A stretch of 64,000 bases of DNA from positions 30,253-94,252 of the forward strand of contig JBJDYN010000160.1 of assembly GCA_051867395.1 (NCBI GenBank). Direction: 5' to 3'. Both the position numbers and the translations under genes were made by a program. The stretch is from Faecousia sp. (GTDB lineage: Bacteria > Bacillota > Clostridia > Oscillospirales > Oscillospiraceae). Under the pieces are notes generated by a model that ran no database searches, was not told the origin of the DNA, and was given only the letters and a program-made list of their open reading frames with translations. This document shows, piece by piece, positions 8,604 through 17,134 of the stretch. Numbering within the stretch: position 1 is the stretch's first letter; each line of letters begins with the position of its first letter.

Positions 8604-9475
8604 AAATCAGAATCGGCAGCCGGGAAAGCAAGCTGGCGGTGATCCAGAGCCAAATGGTTATGGATGCCATTTCCAAAGCCATGCCGGAAGCGGAGCTGGA
8701 GCTGGTGACTATGAAGACCACCGGTGACAAAATCCTGAATAAAACTCTGGACCAGATCGGCGGCAAGGGCCTGTTCGTCCGGGAGCTGGACCAGGCATTG
8801 CGGGAAAACAGAGTGGATTTCACTGTCCATTCCCTGAAGGATATGCCCATGGAGGTGCCGGAGGACTTGCCGCTCGCGGCCTTCTCCCAGCGGGTGGACC
8901 CCAGGGATGTGCTGGTGCTGCCGGAGGGCATCAGGTCACTGGACCCCGGAAAGCCCATCGGCTGCTCCTCCCGGCGGCGGCAGCTGCAGCTGAAGGCCCT
9001 GTTCCCCGAAATGGAAGTTCGGCCAATCCGGGGCAATGTGCAGACAAGGCTGGCAAAGCTGGATGCCGGGGAGTTTTCCGCCCTGATGCTGGCGGCAGCG
9101 GGCCTGAAGCGGCTGGGGCTGGAGAGCCGGATCAGCCGTTACTTTGGCCCGGAGGAAATTCTTCCCGCAGCGGGTCAGGGAATTCTGGTGGTGCAGACCC
9201 GTCTGGGGATGGACACCCGGTGCCTGGAAGCGGTTCAGGACCCCGATGCCGCTTCCTGCGCCCAGGCGGAGCGGGCCTTTGTCCGGGAATTGAATGGAGG
9301 ATGCAGCTCCCCCGTGGCAGCCTATGCTGTGACAGAAGGCGAGCAATTGACAGTAACGGGATTGTATGTCAGTCCCGATGAAACGGTGATTCGGAAAGGG
9401 AAACTGACCGGCCCCAAGTCGGACGCCGAAGCCCTGGGCCGGGAACTGGCCCGGAAGCTGAAAGAAGGGACGTGA
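8600..9475 (+). CDS. hemC: Hydroxymethylbilane synthase
   Basis: The ORF is trimmed to MKIRIGSRESKLAVIQ. Motifs include TTGDK and HSLKDMP. Its start overlaps the hemA stop. Confidence 0.9.
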   Translation: MKIRIGSRESKLAVIQSQMVMDAISKAMPEAELELVTMKTTGDKILNKTLDQIGGKGLFVRELDQALRENRVDFTVHSLKDMPMEVPEDLPLAAFSQRVDPRDVLVLPEGIRSLDPGKPIGCSSRRRQLQLKALFPEMEVRPIRGNVQTRLAKLDAGEFSALMLAAAGLKRLGLESRISRYFGPEEILPAAGQGILVVQTRLGMDTRCLEAVQDPDAASCAQAERAFVRELNGGCSSPVAAYAVTEGEQLTVTGLYVSPDETVIRKGKLTGPKSDAEALGRELARKLKEGT

Positions 9476-9482
9476 AAAGCCC

Positions 9483-10958
9483 ATGAACGGAAATGTGATT
9501 TTGGTGGGGGCAGGCCCCGGGGCCCCCGGCCTGCTGACCCAAAAAGGACGTCAGGCCCTGGAGCAGGCGGAAGTAGTGGTCTATGACCGCTTGGTGAGCC
9601 CGGACATTTTGGCGTTGATTCCTTCCCATGCAGAGCGGATTGACGTGGGCAAGGAAGCCAGCCATCATAAGGTGCCCCAGGAGCAGATCAACCGGATTCT
9701 TCTGGACAAGGCGCTGGAGGGGAAGCGGGTGGTGCGGCTGAAGGGCGGCGATCCCTTCCTGTTTGGCAGGGGCGGCGAGGAGTTGGAGCTGTTGGAGGAA
9801 CATGGGATTCCCTATCAGGTGGTGCCCGGCGTCACCTCGGCGCTGTCGGTACCGGCCTACGCGGGAATCCCCGTGACCCACCGGGACTACTGTTCCTCCG
9901 TACACATCATCACCGGCCATGCCAGAGCCGGTTCCGAACTTCAGATTGACTACGAAGCCCTTTGCCGCACCGGCGGGACCCTGGTATTTCTCATGGGCGT
10001 CAACGCATTGCCAAAAATTTGCCGGGGTCTGCTGGATGCGGGCATGGAGCCGAAAATGCCTGCGGCTATTGTGGAGCAGGGCACGCTTCCCAGGCAGCGG
10101 AAGGTGATCACCGCACTGGAGCAGCTTCCTCGGGAAGCGGAGCGGGCGAAGATCCAAAGTCCGGCCATCGTTGTGGTGGGCAAGGTCTGCGAATTGTCAG
10201 ACCGGTTTGACTGGTTTGGCCGCCTGCCTCTGAAGGGAAAGGAGATCATCGTTACCCGTCCGGCGGACCGCAGCGGTACCCTCTGTGACCGGCTGCGGCA
10301 GCTGGGAGCCAATGTGACCAACTATCCCTGCATCCGCACGGTGGAACGGGCGAACTGCCCGGAACTGGACCGTGCCATCGAAAGGATTGGTACTTACCGC
10401 TATCTGGTGTTTACAAGCCCGGCTGGACCGGGAATCTTCTTCAAGCGATTGTTTGCAGCAGGACATGACGCAAGGGCTCTGGCCGGGGTGAAGCTGGCGG
10501 CCATCGGTCCCAAAACCGCGTCCGTTCTGGAAACATACGGCCTGCGGGCGGACCTGGTGCCGGAAATCTATGATTCGGACAATCTTGCCCAGCTTATGGC
10601 CCAGGCGGAAGGACCGGTGCTGCTGTGCCGGGCCAGCCGGGGCAGCGATGCCCTGCCGGAGCTGTTTACCAAAAACGGAATTCCCTTCGAGGATGTTCCG
10701 TGCTATGATACCGTTTATGAAGCACCGGACTCCGGAAACGTTTTGGCGCTGCTGAAACGCAAAGTACTGGTGACCTTCACCAGCGCCTCCACCGTCCGGG
10801 GCTTTGTGGAGAGCCTGCCGGGCGCGGACTTTTCCAATGTGCTGGGCTGCTGCATCGGGCCCCAGACGGCTAAGGAAGCAGAAAAATACGGCATTGCCGT
10901 TGCCACGGCCGGAGAAGCCACCATGGATTCTCTGATCGAATGCATCAAAGGAGTGTAA
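9483..10958 (+). CDS. cobA: Uroporphyrinogen-III C-methyltransferase / uroporphyrinogen-III synthase fusion
   Basis: 491 aa. The N-terminal SUMT part has VILVGAGPGAPGLLT and GGDPFLFGRGGEE. The C-terminal ~240 aa is HemD-like. Confidence 0.9.
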   Translation: MNGNVILVGAGPGAPGLLTQKGRQALEQAEVVVYDRLVSPDILALIPSHAERIDVGKEASHHKVPQEQINRILLDKALEGKRVVRLKGGDPFLFGRGGEELELLEEHGIPYQVVPGVTSALSVPAYAGIPVTHRDYCSSVHIITGHARAGSELQIDYEALCRTGGTLVFLMGVNALPKICRGLLDAGMEPKMPAAIVEQGTLPRQRKVITALEQLPREAERAKIQSPAIVVVGKVCELSDRFDWFGRLPLKGKEIIVTRPADRSGTLCDRLRQLGANVTNYPCIRTVERANCPELDRAIERIGTYRYLVFTSPAGPGIFFKRLFAAGHDARALAGVKLAAIGPKTASVLETYGLRADLVPEIYDSDNLAQLMAQAEGPVLLCRASRGSDALPELFTKNGIPFEDVPCYDTVYEAPDSGNVLALLKRKVLVTFTSASTVRGFVESLPGADFSNVLGCCIGPQTAKEAEKYGIAVATAGEATMDSLIECIKGV

Positions 10959-10962
10959 ACCT

Positions 10963-11946
10963 ATGGATCTTGTCATTCGTCCCCGCAGACTGCGGACCAG
11001 CGATACTCTGCGCCGTATGGTGCGGGAAACCAGAGTGTCCCCGGACAGCCTGGTCTATCCTCTGTTTTTGGTAGAGGGAACCGACATCCGGGAGCCCATT
11101 CCCTCTCTGGACGGTCAGTGGCGCTATTCCCCGGATCGTGTCTGCGAGGAAATCGCCCGGTGCCGTGAGGCCGGGGTCAACCGGGTGCTGCTGTTCGGCA
11201 TCCCCGCGCATAAAGACGCTTGCGGGTCCGCCGCCTGGGATCCCAACGGTGTGGTGCAGCAGGGCATCCGTGCCATCAAGGCGCAGTACCCGGACTGTTA
11301 TGTCATCACCGATGTGTGTATGTGCGAGTACACCGATCACGGACACTGCGGCATTCTCCACGGCCATACTGTGGACAATGACAAGACCCTGGAGGTTCTG
11401 TCCAAAACCGCCCTGTCCCATGTCCAGGCAGGTGCGGATATGGTAGCCCCTTCCGACATGATGGACGGACGGGTTGCCGCCATCCGGGCGGTGCTGGATG
11501 AAAACGGCTTTGCAGCCACGCCCATCATGTCCTATTCCGCCAAATATGCCTCCGCCTTCTACGGACCCTTCCGGGAAGCTGCCGGTTCCGCCCCAGCCTT
11601 TGGGGACCGCCGTGGCTATCAGATGGACCCCCACAACCGGAAGGAAGCGTTAAAGGAGTGCGCTCTGGACGTTCAGGAGGGTGCGGACATCCTCATGGTC
11701 AAGCCCGCTCTGAGCTATCTGGACATCATCCGGGAGTGCGCGGATGCCTTTGACCTGCCCCTGGCAGCTTACTCCGTCAGCGGCGAATACGCCATGATCA
11801 AGGCCGCCGGAAAGGCCGGGCTCATTGACGAGTACCGGGTCATGTGCGAAAGCGCCCTGTCCGTCTACCGGGCCGGAGCGGACATCCTCATCACCTACTT
11901 TGCCAAAGAGCTGGCCCAAGCCATGAAAAAAGGAGATTTGGGATAA
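10963..11946 (+). CDS. hemB: Porphobilinogen synthase
   Basis: 327 aa. It has a Zn-type Cys cluster, DVCMCEYTDHGHCG, and active-site Lys regions. Confidence 0.95.
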   Translation: MDLVIRPRRLRTSDTLRRMVRETRVSPDSLVYPLFLVEGTDIREPIPSLDGQWRYSPDRVCEEIARCREAGVNRVLLFGIPAHKDACGSAAWDPNGVVQQGIRAIKAQYPDCYVITDVCMCEYTDHGHCGILHGHTVDNDKTLEVLSKTALSHVQAGADMVAPSDMMDGRVAAIRAVLDENGFAATPIMSYSAKYASAFYGPFREAAGSAPAFGDRRGYQMDPHNRKEALKECALDVQEGADILMVKPALSYLDIIRECADAFDLPLAAYSVSGEYAMIKAAGKAGLIDEYRVMCESALSVYRAGADILITYFAKELAQAMKKGDLG

Positions 11947-13208
11947 TGACAAAATCGGAACAGCTGTTTGAAGCTGCCCAGAAGGTCCTGCCCGGCGGTG
12001 TCAATTCTCCGGTGCGGGCCTGCCGAGGCGTGGGCACCTATCCCCGGTTCCTGGACAGGGGCATGGGCAGCCATGTCTGGGACGTGGATGGAAAGGAATA
12101 CATCGACCTGATCTGCTCCTGGGGCCCTCTGATCCTGGGCCACTGCCGGGAGGAAGTGGAACGGGCCGTGATGGAGGCCGTTAAGAAGAGTCTCAGCTTC
12201 GGCGCGCCCACGGCGGTGGAGGTGGAGATGGCGAAGCTGGTCTGCCAAATGACCGGTGTGGAGATGGTCCGCATGGTCAACTCCGGCACCGAGGCGGTCA
12301 TGTCCGCCCTGCGGCTGGCCCGTGGAGCCACTGGCCGCAGCAAAATCATCAAATTTGCGGGCTGCTATCACGGTCATTCCGACTCCATGCTGGTGAAAGC
12401 CGGTTCCGGAGCCCTCACCGGCGGCACACCGGACTCCGCCGGCGTGCCCAGGGAAATTGCCGGAGACACCCTGACCGCTTCCTATAACGACCTTGCCAGT
12501 GTGGAGGGCCTGCTGAAGGCCAATCCCGGGCAGGTGGCGGCAGTGATCGTGGAGCCGGTAGCCGCAAACATGGGCGTAGTGCCGCCTCAGCCAGGGTTCC
12601 TGCAGGGACTGCGCAGACTCTGCGACGAATCCGGAGCCCTGCTGATCCTGGACGAGGTCATCACCGGCTTCCGTCTGGCTCCCGGCGGTGCCCAGGAATA
12701 TTACGGCGTCCGGGCGGATCTGGTAACCTACGGCAAGATCATCGGCGGCGGCATGCCTGTCGGCGCTTACGGCGGCAGCCGGAAGCTGATGGAGCTGGTA
12801 GCCCCTCTGGGTCCCGTGTATCAGGCAGGCACCCTGTCCGGCAACCCCGTAGCCATGGCGGCAGGACTGGCTCAGCTGAAAATTCTGAACGGCAGCCCGG
12901 AGATCTACACCGGGCTGGAGCGGAAGGGCGCCATGCTGGAAACGGGACTGAAGGAAGCCCTGTCCGGCGTCCCGGCCCAGGTAAACCGGGTGGGCTCCCT
13001 GCTGACGGTCTTCTTCACGGAGCAAAGCGTCACCGGCTATGACCAGGCACGTTCCTCCGACCAGGAGCGTTTCCGCCTGTGGTACAACGGCCTGCTGCAG
13101 CGGGGCATCTACGCCGCTCCCAGCCAGTTTGAAGCCATGTTCCTGAGCAGTGCCCACACGGACGAGGACATCCAGCGGATCATTGACGCGGCCCGGGAAA
13201 TCTTCTGA
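11946..13208 (+). CDS. hemL: Glutamate-1-semialdehyde 2,1-aminomutase
   Basis: The ORF is trimmed to MTKSEQLFEAAQKVLPGGVNSPVRA. The PLP-Lys region is YGKIIGGG. Its start overlaps the hemB stop by 1 nt. Confidence 0.95.
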   Translation: MTKSEQLFEAAQKVLPGGVNSPVRACRGVGTYPRFLDRGMGSHVWDVDGKEYIDLICSWGPLILGHCREEVERAVMEAVKKSLSFGAPTAVEVEMAKLVCQMTGVEMVRMVNSGTEAVMSALRLARGATGRSKIIKFAGCYHGHSDSMLVKAGSGALTGGTPDSAGVPREIAGDTLTASYNDLASVEGLLKANPGQVAAVIVEPVAANMGVVPPQPGFLQGLRRLCDESGALLILDEVITGFRLAPGGAQEYYGVRADLVTYGKIIGGGMPVGAYGGSRKLMELVAPLGPVYQAGTLSGNPVAMAAGLAQLKILNGSPEIYTGLERKGAMLETGLKEALSGVPAQVNRVGSLLTVFFTEQSVTGYDQARSSDQERFRLWYNGLLQRGIYAAPSQFEAMFLSSAHTDEDIQRIIDAAREIF

Positions 13209-13215
13209 CATTTTT

Positions 13216-14577
13216 ATGTTAACCTACGAGATAAAAAAATCCCCCGGTGTGCCGCTGTACGAGGCGCTGTACCGCTGTATCCGGGGCGACATTCTCTCCG
13301 GTGCCCTGAAGCCCGGGGAAAAATTGCCCTCCAAGCGGGCCCTGGCCCAAAATCTGGAGGTCAGCCGGATCACTGTGGAGACCGCCTACAACCAGCTGCT
13401 CTCCGAGGGCTATATCCGCTCCCAGGAAAAGGTGGGCTACTTCGTGGAAGCGGTGGAGCGCCGGGTCCAATCCCTGCCCAGCCAGCCCCCCCAGGCGGCT
13501 GTCCCCCGGGAATACCTGCTGGATCTGACCGCCAACGGCACGGAGCAGTTTCCTTTCTCCGTTTGGTCCCGGCTGCAGCGGGAGGTCATGCTGGACTATG
13601 GGGAAGCCCTGCTGCTGCCCCTGCCCAATCGGGGAATCCCAGAGCTGCGGCAGGCTATCGCGGACCATCTGGCAGCCTTCCGGGGGATGCATGTGGACCC
13701 GGATAATATTCTCATCGGCGCGGGTACAGACTTCCTGTACAACCTGCTGATCCAGCTGCTGGGCCGGGACAAGACCTACGCCGTGGAGGAACCAGGCTAT
13801 GACAAGATCCGAAAGATCTATGCTGCCGGTGGCGTCCGCTGCGTCAGCGCGCCCTTGGACAGCCGTGGCGTGGTGCCGGAAAGTCTGCGGGACGCCGATG
13901 TGCTGCACTTCTCTCCTTCCCACCATTTCCCCACAGGTTTGGTGACCCCGGTCAGCCGCCGGACGGAACTTCTGGATTGGGCCAAAGCGGGAAGGTGGAT
14001 CATCGAGGATGACTATGACAGCGAATTCCGGTTCGACGCCCATCCAAAACCCGCCATGCAGTCCCTGGACAGCAGCGGCCGCGTGATCTACATGAACACC
14101 TTCTCTAAGAGCCTGGCCCCGTCCATCCGTATCAGCTATATGGTTCTGCCTACAGGCCTGATGGAGCAGTTCCAGGCCCAGCTGGGGTTCTACAGCTGCA
14201 CGGTGCCCAGCTTTGAGCAGTACACGCTGGCCCGGTTTCTCAGCCGGGGCTATTTTGAAAAGCACATTAACCGCATGCGGAAATTCTACAGAAACCGCCG
14301 GAACACCCTGGTAGCCAGTCTGGAAGCATGTGCTTTTTCCAACCGTCTGACGATCCAGGAACAGGATGCGGGACTCCATTTTCTACTGAAAGTGGACACG
14401 TTTCTTTCGGACCAGGCCCTGACGGAATGGCTGGAAGCGGCAGGGATCCGGGTAAAAGCCCTGAGCGAATACTATCACGACGGAGCTCAGGATCAGCATT
14501 GCCTGGTGGTGAACTATTCTGGCCTGAAGGAGGAGCAGCTGCAAAAGGCGCTGGTGGCTCTCGAAGATATTATGTAA
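13216..14577 (+). CDS. MocR-type regulator (GntR wHTH plus aminotransferase-like domain)
   Basis: The ORF is trimmed to MLTYEIKK. The wHTH is LPSKRALAQNLEVSRITV, followed by a ~350-aa class-I aminotransferase fold. Confidence 0.85.
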   Translation: MLTYEIKKSPGVPLYEALYRCIRGDILSGALKPGEKLPSKRALAQNLEVSRITVETAYNQLLSEGYIRSQEKVGYFVEAVERRVQSLPSQPPQAAVPREYLLDLTANGTEQFPFSVWSRLQREVMLDYGEALLLPLPNRGIPELRQAIADHLAAFRGMHVDPDNILIGAGTDFLYNLLIQLLGRDKTYAVEEPGYDKIRKIYAAGGVRCVSAPLDSRGVVPESLRDADVLHFSPSHHFPTGLVTPVSRRTELLDWAKAGRWIIEDDYDSEFRFDAHPKPAMQSLDSSGRVIYMNTFSKSLAPSIRISYMVLPTGLMEQFQAQLGFYSCTVPSFEQYTLARFLSRGYFEKHINRMRKFYRNRRNTLVASLEACAFSNRLTIQEQDAGLHFLLKVDTFLSDQALTEWLEAAGIRVKALSEYYHDGAQDQHCLVVNYSGLKEEQLQKALVALEDIM

Positions 14578-14606
14578 ACAGAAAACTCCGAAGAGGCATA
14601 TTTTCC

Positions 14607-14635
14607 TTGCCTTTTCCCGGGAAGACAGCTATAAT
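14607..14635 (+). promoter_or_regulatory. Sigma-A type promoter
   Basis: TTGCCT, 17-nt spacer, TATAAT, about 35 nt upstream of the 14670 start. Confidence 0.5.
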
Positions 14636-14669
14636 AAAAACAAGGTTTTGGAGAGGAGGGGACTGTTCA

Positions 14670-15770
14670 ATGGCTGTTTCGCAATCGTCCTACCGGGGGT
14701 GCCTGCTGGGAATGGCGGTGGGCGACGCCATGGGCTATACCGTGGACAGCCGCAGCTGGCAGGAGATCCAGGAGGACTACGGTCCCCACGGCCTGCTGGG
14801 CTATGACCTGGTCAACGGGTATGCCGACGTCACCTCCTATACCCAGCTGGCGGCGTTTACCTGCAATGGTCTGCTTCTGGGGCTGACCCGGGGGCAGATG
14901 CTGGGGAAAATGGCGCCCTTCATAAAATACATCGGCGTGAGCAGCCGGGAATGGGCAGCGTCTCAGCGTTCCTGGGGCCGTCCCAGCAAAACCTACTGCT
15001 GGCTTCTTCGCCGCGCTGAGTTGTGCCGCCGCCACTGCATGGACACCCGGATGCTGGACACCCTGAACCGCCCCAACCTGGGGACCCTGGAGGCACCCGT
15101 CAACACTGACGGCTCTCCCTGCGCCCTAACCACCGCTATCGGTGTGGGACTGTTCTTCCATGAGGACCGGATGGACCAACAGGAGATTGACCGGCTGGGG
15201 GCGGAAGCCGTAGCCCTGACCCATGGCAGTCCCACAGCGTTTCTTTCGGGAGCGGTGCTGAGCCACCTCATGAGCAGACTTCTGCGAAATCCGGGGGCGC
15301 CCTTAAAGCCCCTGGTCAACGAAGCGGTGGAGGATATGAAGGAGCAGTTCGGCCACCAGTACAGCCAGGCCTTTGAGATTGCCACCTTGGTGCGCCACGC
15401 CATCACCTATGCCGAGTCCCCGGGACTGAGCCAGGTGGAGGTCATGGAGCGGCTGGGATGTGATTCCGCGGCCCAGGTGCTTGCGGGAGCGGTCTACGCC
15501 TGCCTGACCAGCGGTGGGGATTTCGACAGTGCCATGATTACTGCCGTAAATCACTCCGGCCGCAGTGCCGCGGTAGGAGCCATCGCAGGTGCGATTCTGG
15601 GGCTGCGTCTGGGCGAGGAGGCTCTGCCGGATTTCTACATCGAATGTCTGGAGCCTGCGGAGGTCCTGCGGGAGCTGGCGGACGATCTGTACACCGGCTG
15701 CCCCATGGAGAAGGGCAACAAGCTTTTTGACCTGGACTGGGACTATAAGTACCTCCACGGCGGACAATAA
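14670..15770 (+). CDS. ADP-ribosylglycohydrolase family protein
   Basis: The ORF is trimmed to MAVSQSSYRGCLLGMAVGDAMGYTVD, an ARH/DraG-type N-terminus. GGAGGGG lies upstream. Confidence 0.8.
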   Translation: MAVSQSSYRGCLLGMAVGDAMGYTVDSRSWQEIQEDYGPHGLLGYDLVNGYADVTSYTQLAAFTCNGLLLGLTRGQMLGKMAPFIKYIGVSSREWAASQRSWGRPSKTYCWLLRRAELCRRHCMDTRMLDTLNRPNLGTLEAPVNTDGSPCALTTAIGVGLFFHEDRMDQQEIDRLGAEAVALTHGSPTAFLSGAVLSHLMSRLLRNPGAPLKPLVNEAVEDMKEQFGHQYSQAFEIATLVRHAITYAESPGLSQVEVMERLGCDSAAQVLAGAVYACLTSGGDFDSAMITAVNHSGRSAAVGAIAGAILGLRLGEEALPDFYIECLEPAEVLRELADDLYTGCPMEKGNKLFDLDWDYKYLHGGQ

Positions 15771-15781
15771 AAAATGGGTAT

Positions 15782-15823
15782 AATCCCCTCCTTTGGGCAT
15801 AGATTGTCCGTAAGGAGGGGATT
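15782..15823 (+). promoter_or_regulatory. 12-bp hairpin whose 3' arm contains the pdaA Shine-Dalgarno sequence
   Basis: AATCCCCTCCTT..17 nt..AAGGAGGGGATT followed by TTTT and then ATG at 15827. It is either the terminator of the upstream gene or an element that occludes the ribosome-binding site. Confidence 0.5.
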
Positions 15824-15826
15824 TTT

Positions 15827-16603
15827 ATGAGGAAACGGGATCTGATGATCTTACTTCTGGCCCTGGCTGTGGCGATCACGGTAGCCATTGGGGTATTTTC
15901 CGGCAGCGCACTGGAAACCGGCTCCTGGGGTCTGAGCTTCCGTCAGGAGGGCGCGGCCCCCATTGGCAACGCAGGCGTGGACCAGCTTAAGCGCTATGAC
16001 GCCGCCTACATTGGAGACACTAGCCAAAAGGTGCTGTACCTGACCTTCGACGCCGGCTATGAAAACGGCTGCACGGAGAAGATTCTGGACACGCTGAAAA
16101 AGCACCAGGTAAGCGCCGCCTTTTTCCTGGTGGGCAACTACATCCAGCGGAACGCCGACCTGGTGCGGCGAATGGTGGAGGAAGGCCACACCGTAGGCAA
16201 CCACACCATGCACCACTATGACATGAGCAAGATCTCCGACAAGGAAACCTTTGCGAAGGAACTACGGGATCTGGAAGCACTGTACAAGGAGACCACCGGA
16301 CAGGAGCTGCCCAAATACTACCGCCCGCCCCAGGGGATCTACAGTGAGGATAACCTGAAAATGGCCCAGGAGCTGGGCTATAAGACGGTATTCTGGAGCC
16401 TCGCCTATGTGGACTGGAATAACGATGCTCAGCCCACAGCGGGAGAGGCTTTCGCTAAGCTGCTGCCAAGGACCCACAGCGGTGCGGTGGTGCTGCTGCA
16501 CTCCACATCCAAAACCAACGCAGAAATTCTGGACGAACTGCTGACCAAATGGGAGGAAGAGGGCTACCACTTCGGGACCCTGGACGAACTGTTCGCAGCA
16601 TGA
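15827..16603 (+). CDS. pdaA: Polysaccharide deacetylase, PdaA-like (delta-lactam-type NodB domain)
   Basis: 258 aa. It has an N-terminal membrane anchor and the NodB motifs TFDAGYENG and HTVGNHTMHH. Confidence 0.75.
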   Translation: MRKRDLMILLLALAVAITVAIGVFSGSALETGSWGLSFRQEGAAPIGNAGVDQLKRYDAAYIGDTSQKVLYLTFDAGYENGCTEKILDTLKKHQVSAAFFLVGNYIQRNADLVRRMVEEGHTVGNHTMHHYDMSKISDKETFAKELRDLEALYKETTGQELPKYYRPPQGIYSEDNLKMAQELGYKTVFWSLAYVDWNNDAQPTAGEAFAKLLPRTHSGAVVLLHSTSKTNAEILDELLTKWEEEGYHFGTLDELFAA

Positions 16604-16692
16604 CTGGCAAAGATTCGAATGCAATCTGTCAGAATAAAGGAAATACCATTACAGCATCTCAATGAGCGTTTATCTTACGATAATCCGTACGG

Positions 16693-16735
16693 AACAACGC
16701 AAAAAGCTTTGAAGGCCTTGGCTTTTTGCGTTGTT
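16693..16735 (+). terminator. Intrinsic terminator after pdaA
   Basis: Perfect 15-bp stem, AACAACGCAAAAAGC / GCTTTTTGCGTTGTT. Confidence 0.6.
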
Positions 16736-16762
16736 TATGGTATGGTCAGATTTATTTTGGAA

Positions 16763-16885
16763 ATGGATGGCATGACTTGCGGGATGCGCCAGTCCCATGT
16801 CAATGATGCCACTGGCAAGGCGTTTTCGGTGAAGTCTGTCCGGTCGGAGCCTTACGAGATAACCGGTTCTCTCTGTTCAGCATAA
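16763..16885 (+). pseudogene. Remnant of a heavy-metal-associated (HMA) domain gene
   Basis: MDGMTCGMRQSHVNDA...VKSVRSEPYE. The GMTCxxC metal motif is damaged (second Cys to Arg). The middle of the ~70-aa domain is missing. Confidence 0.4.
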
Positions 16886-16909
16886 AATCAGACTGGAAGA
16901 ATCCGACAG

Positions 16910-17005
16910 TTGACATTTTGTTGGGTACATGTTAGGATATGGAGGTTAGCGGCCACTAACTTGTGCGGCCGCACACGATTTATCCGTAAGTTAGCTGACG
17001 CTAAC
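16910..17005 (+). promoter_or_regulatory. Promoter plus three palindromes in the leader of the decayed ABC gene
   Basis: TTGACA-17-TAGGAT (16910-16938). The palindromes are GTTAGCGGCCACTAAC (16945-16960), the perfect 14-mer TGTGCGGCCGCACA (16962-16975) and GTTAGCTGACGCTAAC (16990-17005). Confidence 0.4.
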
Positions 17006-17134
17006 AAGGTATCTGCCAGGTTTGACACAGCGAACTGGAAAATGACCGTCATGCATCCAGCGAACGCGAAACGATCATTTTCTCTGTACAAAGGAATTCA
17101 GCATGAAAACAGAAAGTTGGAGGGAACAGACCAG

